From the IMG/VR virus record IMGVR_UViG_2563366976_000006: a DNA stretch of 38,548 nucleotides. One strand, 5' to 3'. The stretch comes from a virus (Duplodnaviria; Heunggongvirae; Uroviricota; Caudoviricetes). How positions within the stretch are numbered: the stretch's first letter is position 1; each line of letters opens with the position of its first letter. Made by a program: the position numbers and the translations under genes. Below the pieces are notes generated by a model. The model was not told the origin of the DNA and ran no database searches. It worked only from the letters and a program-made list of their open reading frames with translations. Below, piece by piece: positions 19,422-28,546 of the stretch.

Positions 19422-19637
19422 ATGACGCTTGAGCGAATCAGCGCCTTTATCACGTATTGCATCGCCGTCGTGCTGGCCTGGCTGGGCGATTTGTCCATCA
19501 AGGATGCCTCAACGCTGGGCGGCCTGATGATTGGTGTGCTGATGCTGGCTATCAACTGGTACTACAAACACAAAGCCTACCAGCTTCTGCGCGACGGGCA
19601 GATCTCGCGGGAGGACTATGAATCCATCAATCGTTAA
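19422..19637 (+). CDS. holin (two predicted TM helices; possible pinholin)
   Basis: 71-aa protein with two hydrophobic segments immediately upstream of a SAR-type lysozyme. Confidence 0.6.
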   Translation: MTLERISAFITYCIAVVLAWLGDLSIKDASTLGGLMIGVLMLAINWYYKHKAYQLLRDGQISREDYESINR

Positions 19638-20133
19638 ACGCTGCCTTGTCGGGGGCGTGCTGGCTATTGCTGCCACGCTGCCGGGTTTTCAGCAGCTTCA
19701 CACCTCCGTGGAGGGACTGAAACTGATTGCCGATTACGAAGGCTGTCGTCTGCAGCCGTATCAGTGCAGCGCGGGTGTCTGGACCGACGGCATTGGTAAT
19801 ACATCGGGCGTCATTCCCGGCAAAACAATCACGGAACGACAGGCAGCAGAAGGGCTGATCTCCAACGTGCTGCGTGTGGAGCGGGCACTGGAAAGGTGTG
19901 TGAAGCAACAGCCACCACAGAAGGTGTATGACGCTGCGGTGTCGTTTGCCTTCAACGTGGGAACGGGAAATGCCTGCAGTTCCACACTGGTGAAATTACT
20001 CAATCAGCGGCGCTGGGCGGATGCGTGCCGACAGTTGCCGCGCTGGGTTTATGTAAAAGGTGTTTTTAATCAGGGGCTGGATAACCGCCGTGCGCGGGAG
20101 ATGGCCTGGTGCCTTAAAGGAGCTGGACTATGA
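19618..20133 (+). CDS. endolysin, lysozyme family with N-terminal signal-anchor-release-like segment
   Basis: 171-aa ORF; N-terminal Gly/Ala-rich hydrophobic stretch; lysozyme-like core. Confidence 0.8.
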   Translation: MNPSIVKRCLVGGVLAIAATLPGFQQLHTSVEGLKLIADYEGCRLQPYQCSAGVWTDGIGNTSGVIPGKTITERQAAEGLISNVLRVERALERCVKQQPPQKVYDAAVSFAFNVGTGNACSSTLVKLLNQRRWADACRQLPRWVYVKGVFNQGLDNRRAREMAWCLKGAGL

Positions 20134-20558
20134 CACGTGCTCTGGCAGTAGTGGTGGCGCTGGCACTCGTTGCGCTGGGCTGGCAGTCGTGGCGGCTTAA
20201 CAGCGCCAGCCACATAATCGAAACGCAGCGCGCGGCGCTGAAAAGTAAAGCGCAGGAACTAACGAAGAAAAATAGCCAGCTGATCGGTCTGTCCATTCTG
20301 GCTGAAACCAACAACCGGGAGCAGGCGCGGCTCTATGCCGACGCAGAACAGACCAGCGCACTGCTGAGACAACGACAACACCGGATTGAGGAACTGAAAC
20401 GTGAGAACGAGGATTTACGCCGCTGGGCTGATACTCCTTTGCCTGCTGACATTATCCGGCTGCGGGAACGCCCCACGCTCACCGGAGGTGCAGCTTACCG
20501 TCAGTGGTTGTCCGCAAGTGACGCCGTGTCGGCTGGAGCAGGCAGCGCCGCGCACTAA
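20130..20558 (+). CDS. i-spanin (Rz/LysB-like)
   Basis: N-terminal TM, coiled-coil periplasmic domain. Confidence 0.7.
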   Translation: MTRALAVVVALALVALGWQSWRLNSASHIIETQRAALKSKAQELTKKNSQLIGLSILAETNNREQARLYADAEQTSALLRQRQHRIEELKRENEDLRRWADTPLPADIIRLRERPTLTGGAAYRQWLSASDAVSAGAGSAAH

Positions 20559-20691
20559 TGGTGATCTGAACGCGTTGCTGGATGAAACGGAGGCTGCCTG
20601 GGCGGTCTGTGCAGACAAAGTGGACATGATTATTGCGTGTCAGGAGCGAAACAGTGAACAAACCACAATCCCTGCGCCACGCCCTCAATAA
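20401..20691 (+). CDS. o-spanin lipoprotein (Rz1/LysC-like), overlapping Rz in +1 frame
   Basis: Signal peptide with lipobox LSGC, proline-rich; classic overlapped spanin arrangement. Confidence 0.6.
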   Translation: MRTRIYAAGLILLCLLTLSGCGNAPRSPEVQLTVSGCPQVTPCRLEQAAPRTNGDLNALLDETEAAWAVCADKVDMIIACQERNSEQTTIPAPRPQ

Positions 20692-21085
20692 AGCGGTGCC
20701 TTATGTCCGCAATAACCCGGACAAACTGCATCTGTTTGTGGATAACGGTTCGCTGGTTGCCACGGGGGCCAGCTCCATGTCGTGGGAGTACCGTTACACC
20801 CTGAACGCGGTGATTGAGGATTTCAGCGGCGACCAGAATCTGCTGATGGCCCCGGTTTTGCTGTGGCTGAGGGATAACCAGCCCGATGCCATCAATAACC
20901 CGGCGTTACGGGAAAAACTATTCACCTTTGAGGTGGATATTCTGCGCAACGATGTCTGTGATATCAGCCTGAACCTGCAACTGACGGAGCGTGTGCTGGT
21001 CAGCACTGACGGCAGTGTGTCGAGCGTTGAAGCTGTAGCAGAACCCGATGAACCTGAAGAAATGTGGACGGTGAAACGTGGCTGA
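20654..21085 (+). CDS. R: tail completion protein (P2 gpR family)
   Basis: GTG start with AGGAG SD; conserved position. Confidence 0.75.
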   Translation: MNKPQSLRHALNKAVPYVRNNPDKLHLFVDNGSLVATGASSMSWEYRYTLNAVIEDFSGDQNLLMAPVLLWLRDNQPDAINNPALREKLFTFEVDILRNDVCDISLNLQLTERVLVSTDGSVSSVEAVAEPDEPEEMWTVKRG

Positions 21086-21527
21086 ACTGCAGAAGGTGGA
21101 CGACTGGTTGAGTGCCTTGCTGGCGAATCTGGAACCAGCCACGAGAAGTCGCATGATGCGCCAGCTGGCGCAGGAACTGCGCCGGACACAACAGAAGAAC
21201 ATCAAGATGCAGCGCAATCCAGATGGCAGTAGTTATGAACCGCGACGGGTAACAGCACGCAGTAAAAAGGGGCGTATCAAACGTCAGATGTTTGCAAAGC
21301 TGCGCACCACAAAATATCTGAAAACTGCCGCCAGCGCCGATTCTGCCAGCGTGCAGTTTGAAGGTAAGGTGCAGCGCATTGCCCGCGTTCATCACTACGG
21401 CCTGCGCGATCGTGTCAGTCGTAAGGGACCGGAGGTCCGTTACGCAGAGCGTCGCCTGCTGGGTGTAAATGATGATGTTGAAGCAAATATTCGTGATATT
21501 TTGCTACGTTGGCTAAGCCAATATTAA
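21078..21527 (+). CDS. S: tail completion/virion morphogenesis protein (P2 gpS family)
   Basis: 149-aa ORF overlapping R end. Confidence 0.8.
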   Translation: MAELQKVDDWLSALLANLEPATRSRMMRQLAQELRRTQQKNIKMQRNPDGSSYEPRRVTARSKKGRIKRQMFAKLRTTKYLKTAASADSASVQFEGKVQRIARVHHYGLRDRVSRKGPEVRYAERRLLGVNDDVEANIRDILLRWLSQY

Positions 21528-21528
21528 T

Positions 21529-22224
21529 TCATGTCAAATATTGATAACTTTTATCAATTTCAAGTTTGTGAAATTTGGTTATCTTTGAATCAATGTATAA
21601 ATCTATGAACATTGCTATCCCTATCATAAATATAAATAGAATGCTTAAATAAATAATGGGGGTGGCAATCATAATTGTAAATTTGTTCTTGTCTGTCGTT
21701 TTTGCTAACTCTTCTTTCTTTTCAGGAATTAGCAAGTAGCTACAAATGAAATCTTTTGTGGCTTGTTGGATTGAAGTGATCTTATCAAGCTGTGACTTGT
21801 CAACACATACATCTGGTGTGATATTCCATTCAGGTGTGTATGGTATGTTTTGTGCGTGTTCTGGTTTCATCCAAAAGGAATCTTTTGTTTCTCTATGTGT
21901 GATTTCAACCCAATTTACGGGTTCTTTGGCGATGAAATAGGTAAATTTATAAAAACAAAGTGCTGAGGTCATAATGACTGCAATTCCAAATGAGACGATA
22001 AATATTTTATGTTTTTTAATATGGGGTTTTGTGCTTAACTTATATTTGCAAAGACTAAGTCTAATAATTGGCTTTGATATTCCAATCTTTGATATCAAAA
22101 AGTCTTCTTCTGGATAGGATGTGTTTAACCATGACCAAAAAGCCGAGATGCCACCTATAAGCCATTTAAATATAAGACCACCAATGGCCGTAGCTAAAAA
22201 TGTATTTATTTTATCGATTTCCAT
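21529..22224 (-). CDS. AT-rich moron: predicted 3-TM membrane protein of unknown function, antisense to late operon
   Basis: 231-aa ORF on opposite strand between S and V; strongly AT-rich DNA; hydrophobic helices at N-terminus, middle and C-terminus. Confidence 0.6.
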   Translation of the reverse strand: MEIDKINTFLATAIGGLIFKWLIGGISAFWSWLNTSYPEEDFLISKIGISKPIIRLSLCKYKLSTKPHIKKHKIFIVSFGIAVIMTSALCFYKFTYFIAKEPVNWVEITHRETKDSFWMKPEHAQNIPYTPEWNITPDVCVDKSQLDKITSIQQATKDFICSYLLIPEKKEELAKTTDKNKFTIMIATPIIYLSILFIFMIGIAMFIDLYIDSKITKFHKLEIDKSYQYLT

Positions 22225-22260
22225 ATAGATCCCCTTTTGGTTGAGCTATCTGGGATTATA

Positions 22261-22278
22261 TGTATGAGAGACAGAACA
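22261..22278. promoter_or_regulatory. late-promoter activator site TGT-N12-ACA upstream of V
   Basis: tgtatgagagacagaaca about 50 bp upstream of V start. Confidence 0.5.
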
Positions 22279-22324
22279 ATGAAGCGAGGTTCGTTAAAAT
22301 AGGAATCACGGGCATTCTTTCTTC

Positions 22325-22902
22325 ATGAACGCACAATTAACCGAAATCATGCGCCTTATCACCAACCTGATCCGCACTGGTGTAGTCACCGAAGTGGACC
22401 GGGAAAACTGGCTTTGCCGGGTGAAAACGGGCGACCTTGAAACCAACTGGATTAACTGGCTGACGCTGCGCGCGGGTAATGCCGCACATGGTGGAAACCA
22501 TCGGAAGGTGAGCAGGTGGTGCTGCTGAGTCTGGGAGGCAATCTGGAAACCGCCTTTGCGTTGCCCGCTGTCTATTCGAATCAGTTCGCGCCACCTTCGA
22601 CGTCGGCGGACGCCTGCGTGACAGAACATCCTGACGGTGGCTGGTTTGAATACGAACCCGCCACCGGGCGCTGGTATGTCAGGGGCATCAAATCCATGGT
22701 CATTGAGGCTGCCGACAACATCACCCTGAAAACCAGTGAGTTTGTGCTGGAGGCTGACCGCACGCGTATTAACAGCGAAGTAGTGATCAATGGTGGTGTT
22801 ACCCAGGGCGGCGGTGCAATGAGTTCTAACGGAATTGTGGTTGATGCACATCAGCATACTGGCGTCCTGAAAGGCGGCGACACAACCGGAGGCCCGGTAT
22901 GA
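22325..22902 (+). pseudogene. V: baseplate spike gene (P2 gpV family) interrupted by a frameshift near 22480-22490
   Basis: N-terminal 52 codons in one frame (22325 onward) and the rest in another (ending 22902); the two ORFs together cover a normal-length V. Confidence 0.65.
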
Positions 22903-23258
22903 CGCTTTATAGCGGGATGAACAATACCAGCGGCAAAGTCATTACTGATATTGACCATCTGCGCCAGTCGGTGCGGGACATTCTGCTGACGCCGCAGGGT
23001 AGCCGCATTGCCCGTCGGGAATATGGTTCCCTACTGTCGGCACTGATAGATCAGCCACAAAATCCGGCATTACGCCTGCAGGTCATGTCGGCAGTGTATG
23101 TGGCGCTGAGTCGCTGGGAGCCACGGCTGACGCTGGATTCCATCACCATCAACAGCAACTTTGACGGTTCTATGGTGGTGGAGCTGACCGGGCGGCGGAA
23201 TAACGGTGTGCCTGTGTCCCTTTCCGTATCAACAGGAGCAGAGAATGGCAGTGATTGA
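22899..23258 (+). CDS. W: baseplate protein (P2 gpW family)
   Basis: 119-aa ORF in conserved V-W-J-I order. Confidence 0.85.
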   Translation: MTLYSGMNNTSGKVITDIDHLRQSVRDILLTPQGSRIARREYGSLLSALIDQPQNPALRLQVMSAVYVALSRWEPRLTLDSITINSNFDGSMVVELTGRRNNGVPVSLSVSTGAENGSD

Positions 23259-24153
23259 CCTTTCGCAGTTGCCTGCACCGCAGATTGTGGATGTGCCGGA
23301 CTTTGAGACGCTGCTTGCCGAACGCAAGGCAGAATTTGTGGCGCTTCATCCGAAAGATGAGCAGGAAGCCGTGATCCGCACGCTGGAACTGGAATCTGAA
23401 CCCGTCACTAAATTGTTGCAGGAGAACGCTTACCGTGAGTTGCTTCTGCGCCAGCGCATTAACGAAGCCGCGCAGGCGGTGATGGTGGCTTACGCGATGG
23501 GCGGCGATCTTGACCAGCTCGCTGCCAACTACAACGTGACACGCCTGACGGTGACGCCTGCTGATAATGATGCTGTGCCGCCCGTTGCAGCTGTGATGGA
23601 AAGCGATGAAGCGTTACGCCTGCGTGTGCCTGCAGCCTTTGAAGGGCTTTCTGTTGCGGGGCCAACTGCAGCTTATGAATTTCATGCCCGAAGCGCCGAC
23701 GGTCGGGTGGCGGATGCCAGTGCAACCAGCCCGGCACCTGCAGAGGTGGTGCTGACTGTCCTTAGCCGCGAAGGCGATGGAACTGCAGAAAAAGACCTGC
23801 TGGACGTGGTGGAAAAAGCTCTGAACAGTGAGAACGTCCGCCCGGTGGCTGACCGTCTGACGGTTCGCAGCGCAGAAATCATCCCGTATCGCGTGGAAGC
23901 CACCATTTTTCTCTATCCGGGACCGGAAGCAGAGCCGGTAATGGCAGCGGCAAAAGCCAGCCTGCAGAAGTACATCGCCAGTCAGACGCGTCTTGGTCGG
24001 GATATTCGCCGTAGCGCCATCTTTGCCGCCCTGCATGTTGAGGGTGTGCAGCGTGTGGAGCTGGCTTCTCCTCTGGCGGATGTGGTCCTGAACAAAACAC
24101 AGGCGGCATCATGTACGCAGTGGAGCGTAACCAACGGAGGAACGGATGAATAG
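23245..24153 (+). CDS. J: baseplate protein (P2 gpJ family)
   Basis: ATG 23245 with AGGAG SD; ~302 aa. Confidence 0.85.
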   Translation: MAVIDLSQLPAPQIVDVPDFETLLAERKAEFVALHPKDEQEAVIRTLELESEPVTKLLQENAYRELLLRQRINEAAQAVMVAYAMGGDLDQLAANYNVTRLTVTPADNDAVPPVAAVMESDEALRLRVPAAFEGLSVAGPTAAYEFHARSADGRVADASATSPAPAEVVLTVLSREGDGTAEKDLLDVVEKALNSENVRPVADRLTVRSAEIIPYRVEATIFLYPGPEAEPVMAAAKASLQKYIASQTRLGRDIRRSAIFAALHVEGVQRVELASPLADVVLNKTQAASCTQWSVTNGGTDE

Positions 24154-24751
24154 TCTGCTGCCACCGGGTTCAACTTCACTGGAGCGCCGACTGGCGCAAA
24201 CCTGTAGCGGGATTTCTGATCTGCAGGTGCCGCTGCGTGACTTGTGGAGTCCGGCTACCTGTCCGGTCAGCTTCCTGCCTTATCTCGCCTGGGCGTTCTC
24301 TGTGGATCGCTGGGACGAGGGCTGGACAGAAAGCGTCAAACGCCAGGTAGTGAAGGATGCTTTTTATATTCATCAGCATAAAGGAACCACCAGTGCCGTG
24401 CGGCGGGTGGTGGAACCGTTCGGATTCCTGATCCGCATTATTGAGTGGTGGCAGACCGGAGAAACACCGGGCACGTTTCGCCTGGATATCGGCGTGCAGG
24501 ACCAGGGCATCACTGAAGATACCTATCTGGAACTTGAGCGGCTGATAAGCGATGCCAAACCATGTAGCCGTCACATGATCGGCATGTCCATCAATCTGCA
24601 GACCAGCGGTCCGCATTGGGTGGGGGCCGCCAGCTATCTTGGCGAAGAAATCACGATCTATCCGTATATCAACGAAACAATTATTTCTGGCGGCACCGCG
24701 CATGAAGGCGGGGCGGTCCATGTTATTGACACAATGAGAGTGAATCCATGA
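24146..24751 (+). CDS. I: baseplate/tail protein (P2 gpI family)
   Basis: 201-aa ORF overlapping J end and H start. Confidence 0.85.
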   Translation: MNSLLPPGSTSLERRLAQTCSGISDLQVPLRDLWSPATCPVSFLPYLAWAFSVDRWDEGWTESVKRQVVKDAFYIHQHKGTTSAVRRVVEPFGFLIRIIEWWQTGETPGTFRLDIGVQDQGITEDTYLELERLISDAKPCSRHMIGMSINLQTSGPHWVGAASYLGEEITIYPYINETIISGGTAHEGGAVHVIDTMRVNP

Positions 24752-26295
24752 GCACAAAATTTTATACCCTGCTGACGGATATTGGCGCGGCGAAACTTGC
24801 CAGCGCCGCCGCGCTCGGTGTGCCGCTAAAAATTACCCATATGGCGGTCGGCGATGGCGGCGGAGTATTGCCAACGCCAGACTCAAAGCAGACTGCACTG
24901 GTAAATGAGAAACGCCGGGCTGCGCTGAATATGCTCTATATCGACCCGCAGAACAGCAGCCAGATTATTGCCGAACAGGTGATCCCTGAAAACGAGGGCG
25001 GTTGGTGGATACGTGAAGTGGGCTTGTTTGATGAGTCCGGGGCATTGATTGCCGTGGGCAACTGCCCGGAAAGCTATAAGCCGCAACTGGCTGAAGGTAG
25101 CGGGCGCACTCAGACCGTGCGCATGGTGCTGATTACCAGCAGCACGGACAATATCACCCTGAAAATCGACCCTGCCGTAGTGCTGGCAACCCGCAAGTAT
25201 GTGGATGACAAGGCACTGGAGCTGAAGGTGTACGCGGATGATCAGATGGCAAAACATCTTGCCGCACCGGACCCGCATTCACAGTATGCACCCAAAGAAA
25301 GTCCGACGTTTACCGGGACACCCAAAGCGCCAACGCCAGCCGCAGGGAATAACACCACGCAGGTTGCGACCACTGCGTTTGTACAGGCGGCACTGACGGC
25401 CCTTATTAATGGTGCGCCAGCCACGCTGGACACGCTGAAAGAAATAGCCGCAGCCATTAACAATGATCCGAATTTCAGTACCACCATTAACAATGCGCTG
25501 GCACTAAAAGCACCGTTGTCGAGTCCGGCACTCACCGGAACGCCAACAGCCCCCACGGCGGCGCAGTCGGTCAACAATACACAGATTGCCACTACGGCTT
25601 TTGTGAAATCGGCGATTGCGGCAATGGTGGGTTCTGCACCTGCGGCACTGGATACACTGAACGAACTGGCGGCGGCGCTGGGGAATGATCCGAACTTTGC
25701 CACGACAATGCTTAATGCGCTGGCAGGTAAACAACCGCTGGACAATACGCTGACTAATTTGAGTGGAAAGGATGTAGCTGGTCTTCTCGCATACCTTGGT
25801 TTGGGAGAAGGCTCAGCGTTACCCGTTGGTGTGCCTGTTCCGTGGCCTTCAGCCACACCACCAACAGGCTGGCTGAAATGCAACGGTGCACCTTTTTCTG
25901 CCGAAGAGTACCCAAAACTGGCAAAGGCTTACCCAAAGTTAAAATTACCGGATTTGCGCGGTGAGTTTATTCGCGGGTGGGATGATGGGCGAGGTGTTGA
26001 TTCCGCGAGACTGCTGCTTTCAAGTCAGGCAGCATCTATCCTTGAACATAACCATGAAATGCATGGATGGACAGGGAACCCACTCATGGCTAGAGATGTT
26101 GGTGAATTAGGTACATCATACGTATTTGCGGTGCAGTTGAGCATTGGCGATGGCGGGTTATTGTATTCGTGGAAGGATGGGAGTGGAACAACAAATGACA
26201 GTAAACGAATGGATAGAACAAATCATGTCAGTTCCGGCGCCGGTGATGGTAGCCCGCGAAACATTGCATTTAACTACATTGTGAGGGCTGCATAA
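24748..26295 (+). CDS. H: tail fibre protein (P2 gpH family) with switchable C-terminal domain
   Basis: 515-aa ORF; internal ~72-aa tandem repeats; C-terminal region lies inside the invertible segment. Confidence 0.85.
   Translation: MSTKFYTLLTDIGAAKLASAAALGVPLKITHMAVGDGGGVLPTPDSKQTALVNEKRRAALNMLYIDPQNSSQIIAEQVIPENEGGWWIREVGLFDESGALIAVGNCPESYKPQLAEGSGRTQTVRMVLITSSTDNITLKIDPAVVLATRKYVDDKALELKVYADDQMAKHLAAPDPHSQYAPKESPTFTGTPKAPTPAAGNNTTQVATTAFVQAALTALINGAPATLDTLKEIAAAINNDPNFSTTINNALALKAPLSSPALTGTPTAPTAAQSVNNTQIATTAFVKSAIAAMVGSAPAALDTLNELAAALGNDPNFATTMLNALAGKQPLDNTLTNLSGKDVAGLLAYLGLGEGSALPVGVPVPWPSATPPTGWLKCNGAPFSAEEYPKLAKAYPKLKLPDLRGEFIRGWDDGRGVDSARLLLSSQAASILEHNHEMHGWTGNPLMARDVGELGTSYVFAVQLSIGDGGLLYSWKDGSGTTNDSKRMDRTNHVSSGAGDGSPRNIAFNYIVRAA
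25784..25809. repeat. inversion crossover site (left), 26-bp Gin/Hin-type imperfect palindrome
   Basis: ttctcgcatacc tt ggtttgggagaa; inverted copy at 27757-27782; shared 15-mer TTGGTTTGGGAGAAG. Confidence 0.55.
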
Positions 26296-26898
26296 ATGGA
26301 ACAGGCTATTTTGGGAAAAGACGGTTACGCTTTAAATGATGGGGAAATCATCGTACATAACTATGATGGCGAAACGCGGGAATATATTTCTACATCAACT
26401 GAATATCTCGCTGTCGGCGTCGGTATCCCGGCATGTTCCTGTCTGGATGCGCCAGGTGCACATAAGGCTGGTTATGCAATTTGCCGTTCTGTAGAATTAA
26501 ATTCATGGGAATATGTGCCAGATCATCGCGGCGAAACTGTTTATAGCACGGAAAATGGCCGGAAAGTAACCATTTCAGATATTGGCGAATATCCCGAAAA
26601 TACAACCACTATCGCCCCATTAACGCCATATGATAAATGGGATGGTGAGAAATGGGTGACCGATACTGAGGCACAGCATAGCGCCGCAGTAGACGCGGCA
26701 GAAGCACAGCGTCAGTCACTGATTGATGCTGCAATGGCTTCCATCAGTCTGATTCAGCTGAAATTACAGGCCGGACGGAAGTTGATGCAGGCAGAAACAA
26801 CCCGGCTTAACGCTGTGCTGGATTACATTGACGCGGTGACGGCAACAAATACCAGCACAGCGCCGGATGTCATCTGGCCTGAACTGCCGGAGGCGTAG
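26296..26898 (+). CDS. G: tail fibre assembly protein (P2 gpG family), active orientation
   Basis: 200-aa ORF directly after H. Confidence 0.8.
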   Translation: MEQAILGKDGYALNDGEIIVHNYDGETREYISTSTEYLAVGVGIPACSCLDAPGAHKAGYAICRSVELNSWEYVPDHRGETVYSTENGRKVTISDIGEYPENTTTIAPLTPYDKWDGEKWVTDTEAQHSAAVDAAEAQRQSLIDAAMASISLIQLKLQAGRKLMQAETTRLNAVLDYIDAVTATNTSTAPDVIWPELPEA

Positions 26899-27313
26899 GC
26901 CATTCAATATCTGGCGCACCGGAAATATCGACCAGTTCCAGTGCGTCCAGATAATCCAGCCACGAATTATATTGCGCCAGTTCCTCGCCTTTCAGACGAC
27001 CAATAGCAGCTTTGCCAGGCCACTGATGGGTATTGATGTAGGTATTGACTTCTGAAACCAAAGATATTTTTTTCATTTCAGCCGTCAACACCTCATCCTC
27101 TTTTGAAGGGGGGGGGGAATTAATCCATACTGGCCGTCCTGAACTATCAGCGCCAATTTCTTTCCCTTCTGGATGCAGACCAAGAAATTGCTCATATGTT
27201 TCTCTGGTAATTTCAATAACATCATCAGGAAGCGTTCCCGCATCCTCATATTCTGGAAACAATTCTTGCAGATAAAAACTTTTACTTCCGGGTGAAAAGA
27301 ATACTGAGTTCAT
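26870..27313 (-). CDS. alternative tail fibre assembly protein (silent orientation)
   Basis: 147-aa ORF convergent with G, C-terminus similar to G C-terminus (DYLDA...WPE/WPTPP). Confidence 0.7.
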   Translation of the reverse strand: MNSVFFSPGSKSFYLQELFPEYEDAGTLPDDVIEITRETYEQFLGLHPEGKEIGADSSGRPVWINSPPPSKEDEVLTAEMKKISLVSEVNTYINTHQWPGKAAIGRLKGEELAQYNSWLDYLDALELVDISGAPDIEWPTPPAVQAR

Positions 27314-27315
27314 TA

Positions 27316-27810
27316 TTACCGTCCAATGATTAACGCTGAGACGCTGGTATCTGAAGGAAAGGCTGCATTCAGTGGTTTGTCGACTTTGAACACAATCGTA
27401 TTATTCCCCCTGACAGCGGCAAAAGAACAAACCGCAGTCGCGTATGAACCTGTAATATTACTGGATACACCACCATAAGCTGTTGTTGATACCAGAGGGA
27501 TAACGCCCAGTACCTTATTAGGAAATACAAAGGGCAATGTGGCTGTGGCAATATAAGACTTATTAGAACCTGTGATGGCATAAGCATTATCAGTCATTCC
27601 ATTCATCGCCACTGGGCCGCTTATACTTACAGTAACCATCTGTATGATTAGCCCGTCAGGTTGACGAATCACAAAATTTCCATTGCCACCAGTAACCGTC
27701 CAGAAAGACATATCAGGGATTTGGTTTTCCCCGTTGCCCACATTCCGTTTTGCCGCTTCTCCCAAACCAACGTTTAAGAAAATGCAGCGATTACGGCTAA
27801 CTGGCATCAT
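27316..27810 (-). CDS. alternative tail fibre C-terminal cassette (silent orientation; fused to H after inversion)
   Basis: Shares the GLGE junction codons with H at the crossover site; no independent promoter or SD expected. Confidence 0.6.
   Translation of the reverse strand: MMPVSRNRCIFLNVGLGEAAKRNVGNGENQIPDMSFWTVTGGNGNFVIRQPDGLIIQMVTVSISGPVAMNGMTDNAYAITGSNKSYIATATLPFVFPNKVLGVIPLVSTTAYGGVSSNITGSYATAVCSFAAVRGNNTIVFKVDKPLNAAFPSDTSVSALIIGR
27757..27782. repeat. inversion crossover site (right)
   Basis: ttctcccaaacc aa cgtttaagaaaa, inverted relative to 25784-25809. Confidence 0.5.
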
Positions 27811-27831
27811 CCCCTATTTTTATTCAGGGAG

Positions 27832-28404
27832 ATGATCATGCTTATTGGCTATGTACGCGTGTCAACAAATGACCAGAACACCGATTTGCAACGTAATGCG
27901 CTGAACTGCGCGGGATGTGAGCGGATTTTTGAGGACAAAATCAGTGGCACTAAGTCCGACAGACCGGGGCTTAAAAAACTGCTCAGGACACTATTGGCAG
28001 GAGACACGCTGGTTGTCTGGAAGCTGGACAGGTTGGGGCGCAGTATGCGGCATCTTGTTACGCTGATAGAAGAGTTGCGCCAGCGTGGTGTGAATTTCCG
28101 AAGCCTGACTGACAGTATTGATACCAGTACCCCAATGGGCCGTTTCTTTTTTCATGTCATGGGTGCCCTGGCTGAAATGGAACGCGAACTGATAGTTGAA
28201 CGTACCCGGGCAGGGCTGGCTGCAGCTCGTGCTAAAGGCAGAGTAGGTGGACGCCGTCCTAAGTTGACCACTGAACAGTGGGCACAGATTGGACGTTTAC
28301 TCGAGGCCGGAGAATCAAGACAGCGTATTGCACTGATTTTTGATGTAGGCGTTTCTACCATTTATAGAAAATTTCCGGCAAATAAGAGCAATGAATCCCC
28401 CTGA
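27832..28404 (+). CDS. serine DNA invertase (Gin/Pin/Hin/Cin family)
   Basis: MLIGYVRVSTNDQNTDLQ N-terminus with catalytic serine; C-terminal HTH; adjacent to inverted repeats. Confidence 0.9.
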   Translation: MIMLIGYVRVSTNDQNTDLQRNALNCAGCERIFEDKISGTKSDRPGLKKLLRTLLAGDTLVVWKLDRLGRSMRHLVTLIEELRQRGVNFRSLTDSIDTSTPMGRFFFHVMGALAEMERELIVERTRAGLAAARAKGRVGGRRPKLTTEQWAQIGRLLEAGESRQRIALIFDVGVSTIYRKFPANKSNESP

Positions 28405-28452
28405 ATCAGCATAATTTTGATTATCCCTGCAAGCAGACAAATACCGTCATTT

Positions 28453-28470
28453 TGTGTGAATAACGGTACA
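28453..28470. promoter_or_regulatory. late-promoter activator site TGT-N12-ACA upstream of FI
   Basis: tgtgtgaataacggtaca about 80 bp upstream of FI; resembles the site upstream of O. Confidence 0.5.
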
Positions 28471-28546
28471 ACTGCGCTTAGCTGTTTGTCAGGCACAATC
28501 ACTTCAACATAGGGCGAAGCCTAATCCAATCAGGAGGTTCGCCACT

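Larger units (their letters stand above)
25796..27770. mobile_element. invertible tail-fibre host-range segment (G/C-segment-like)
   Basis: 15-bp perfect inverted repeats at 25796-25810 and 27756-27770 bracket two fibre C-termini and two assembly genes in opposite orientations, next to a serine invertase gene. Confidence 0.6.

Noticed and set aside
22306-22857. 183-aa ORF antisense to V
   Set aside because: Antisense to a conserved structural gene, no SD, low-complexity translation.
25290-25740. Possible CRISPR-like repeats in the tail fibre region
   Set aside because: Repeats are long, coding and in-frame within H; no short direct repeats with unique spacers anywhere in the window.
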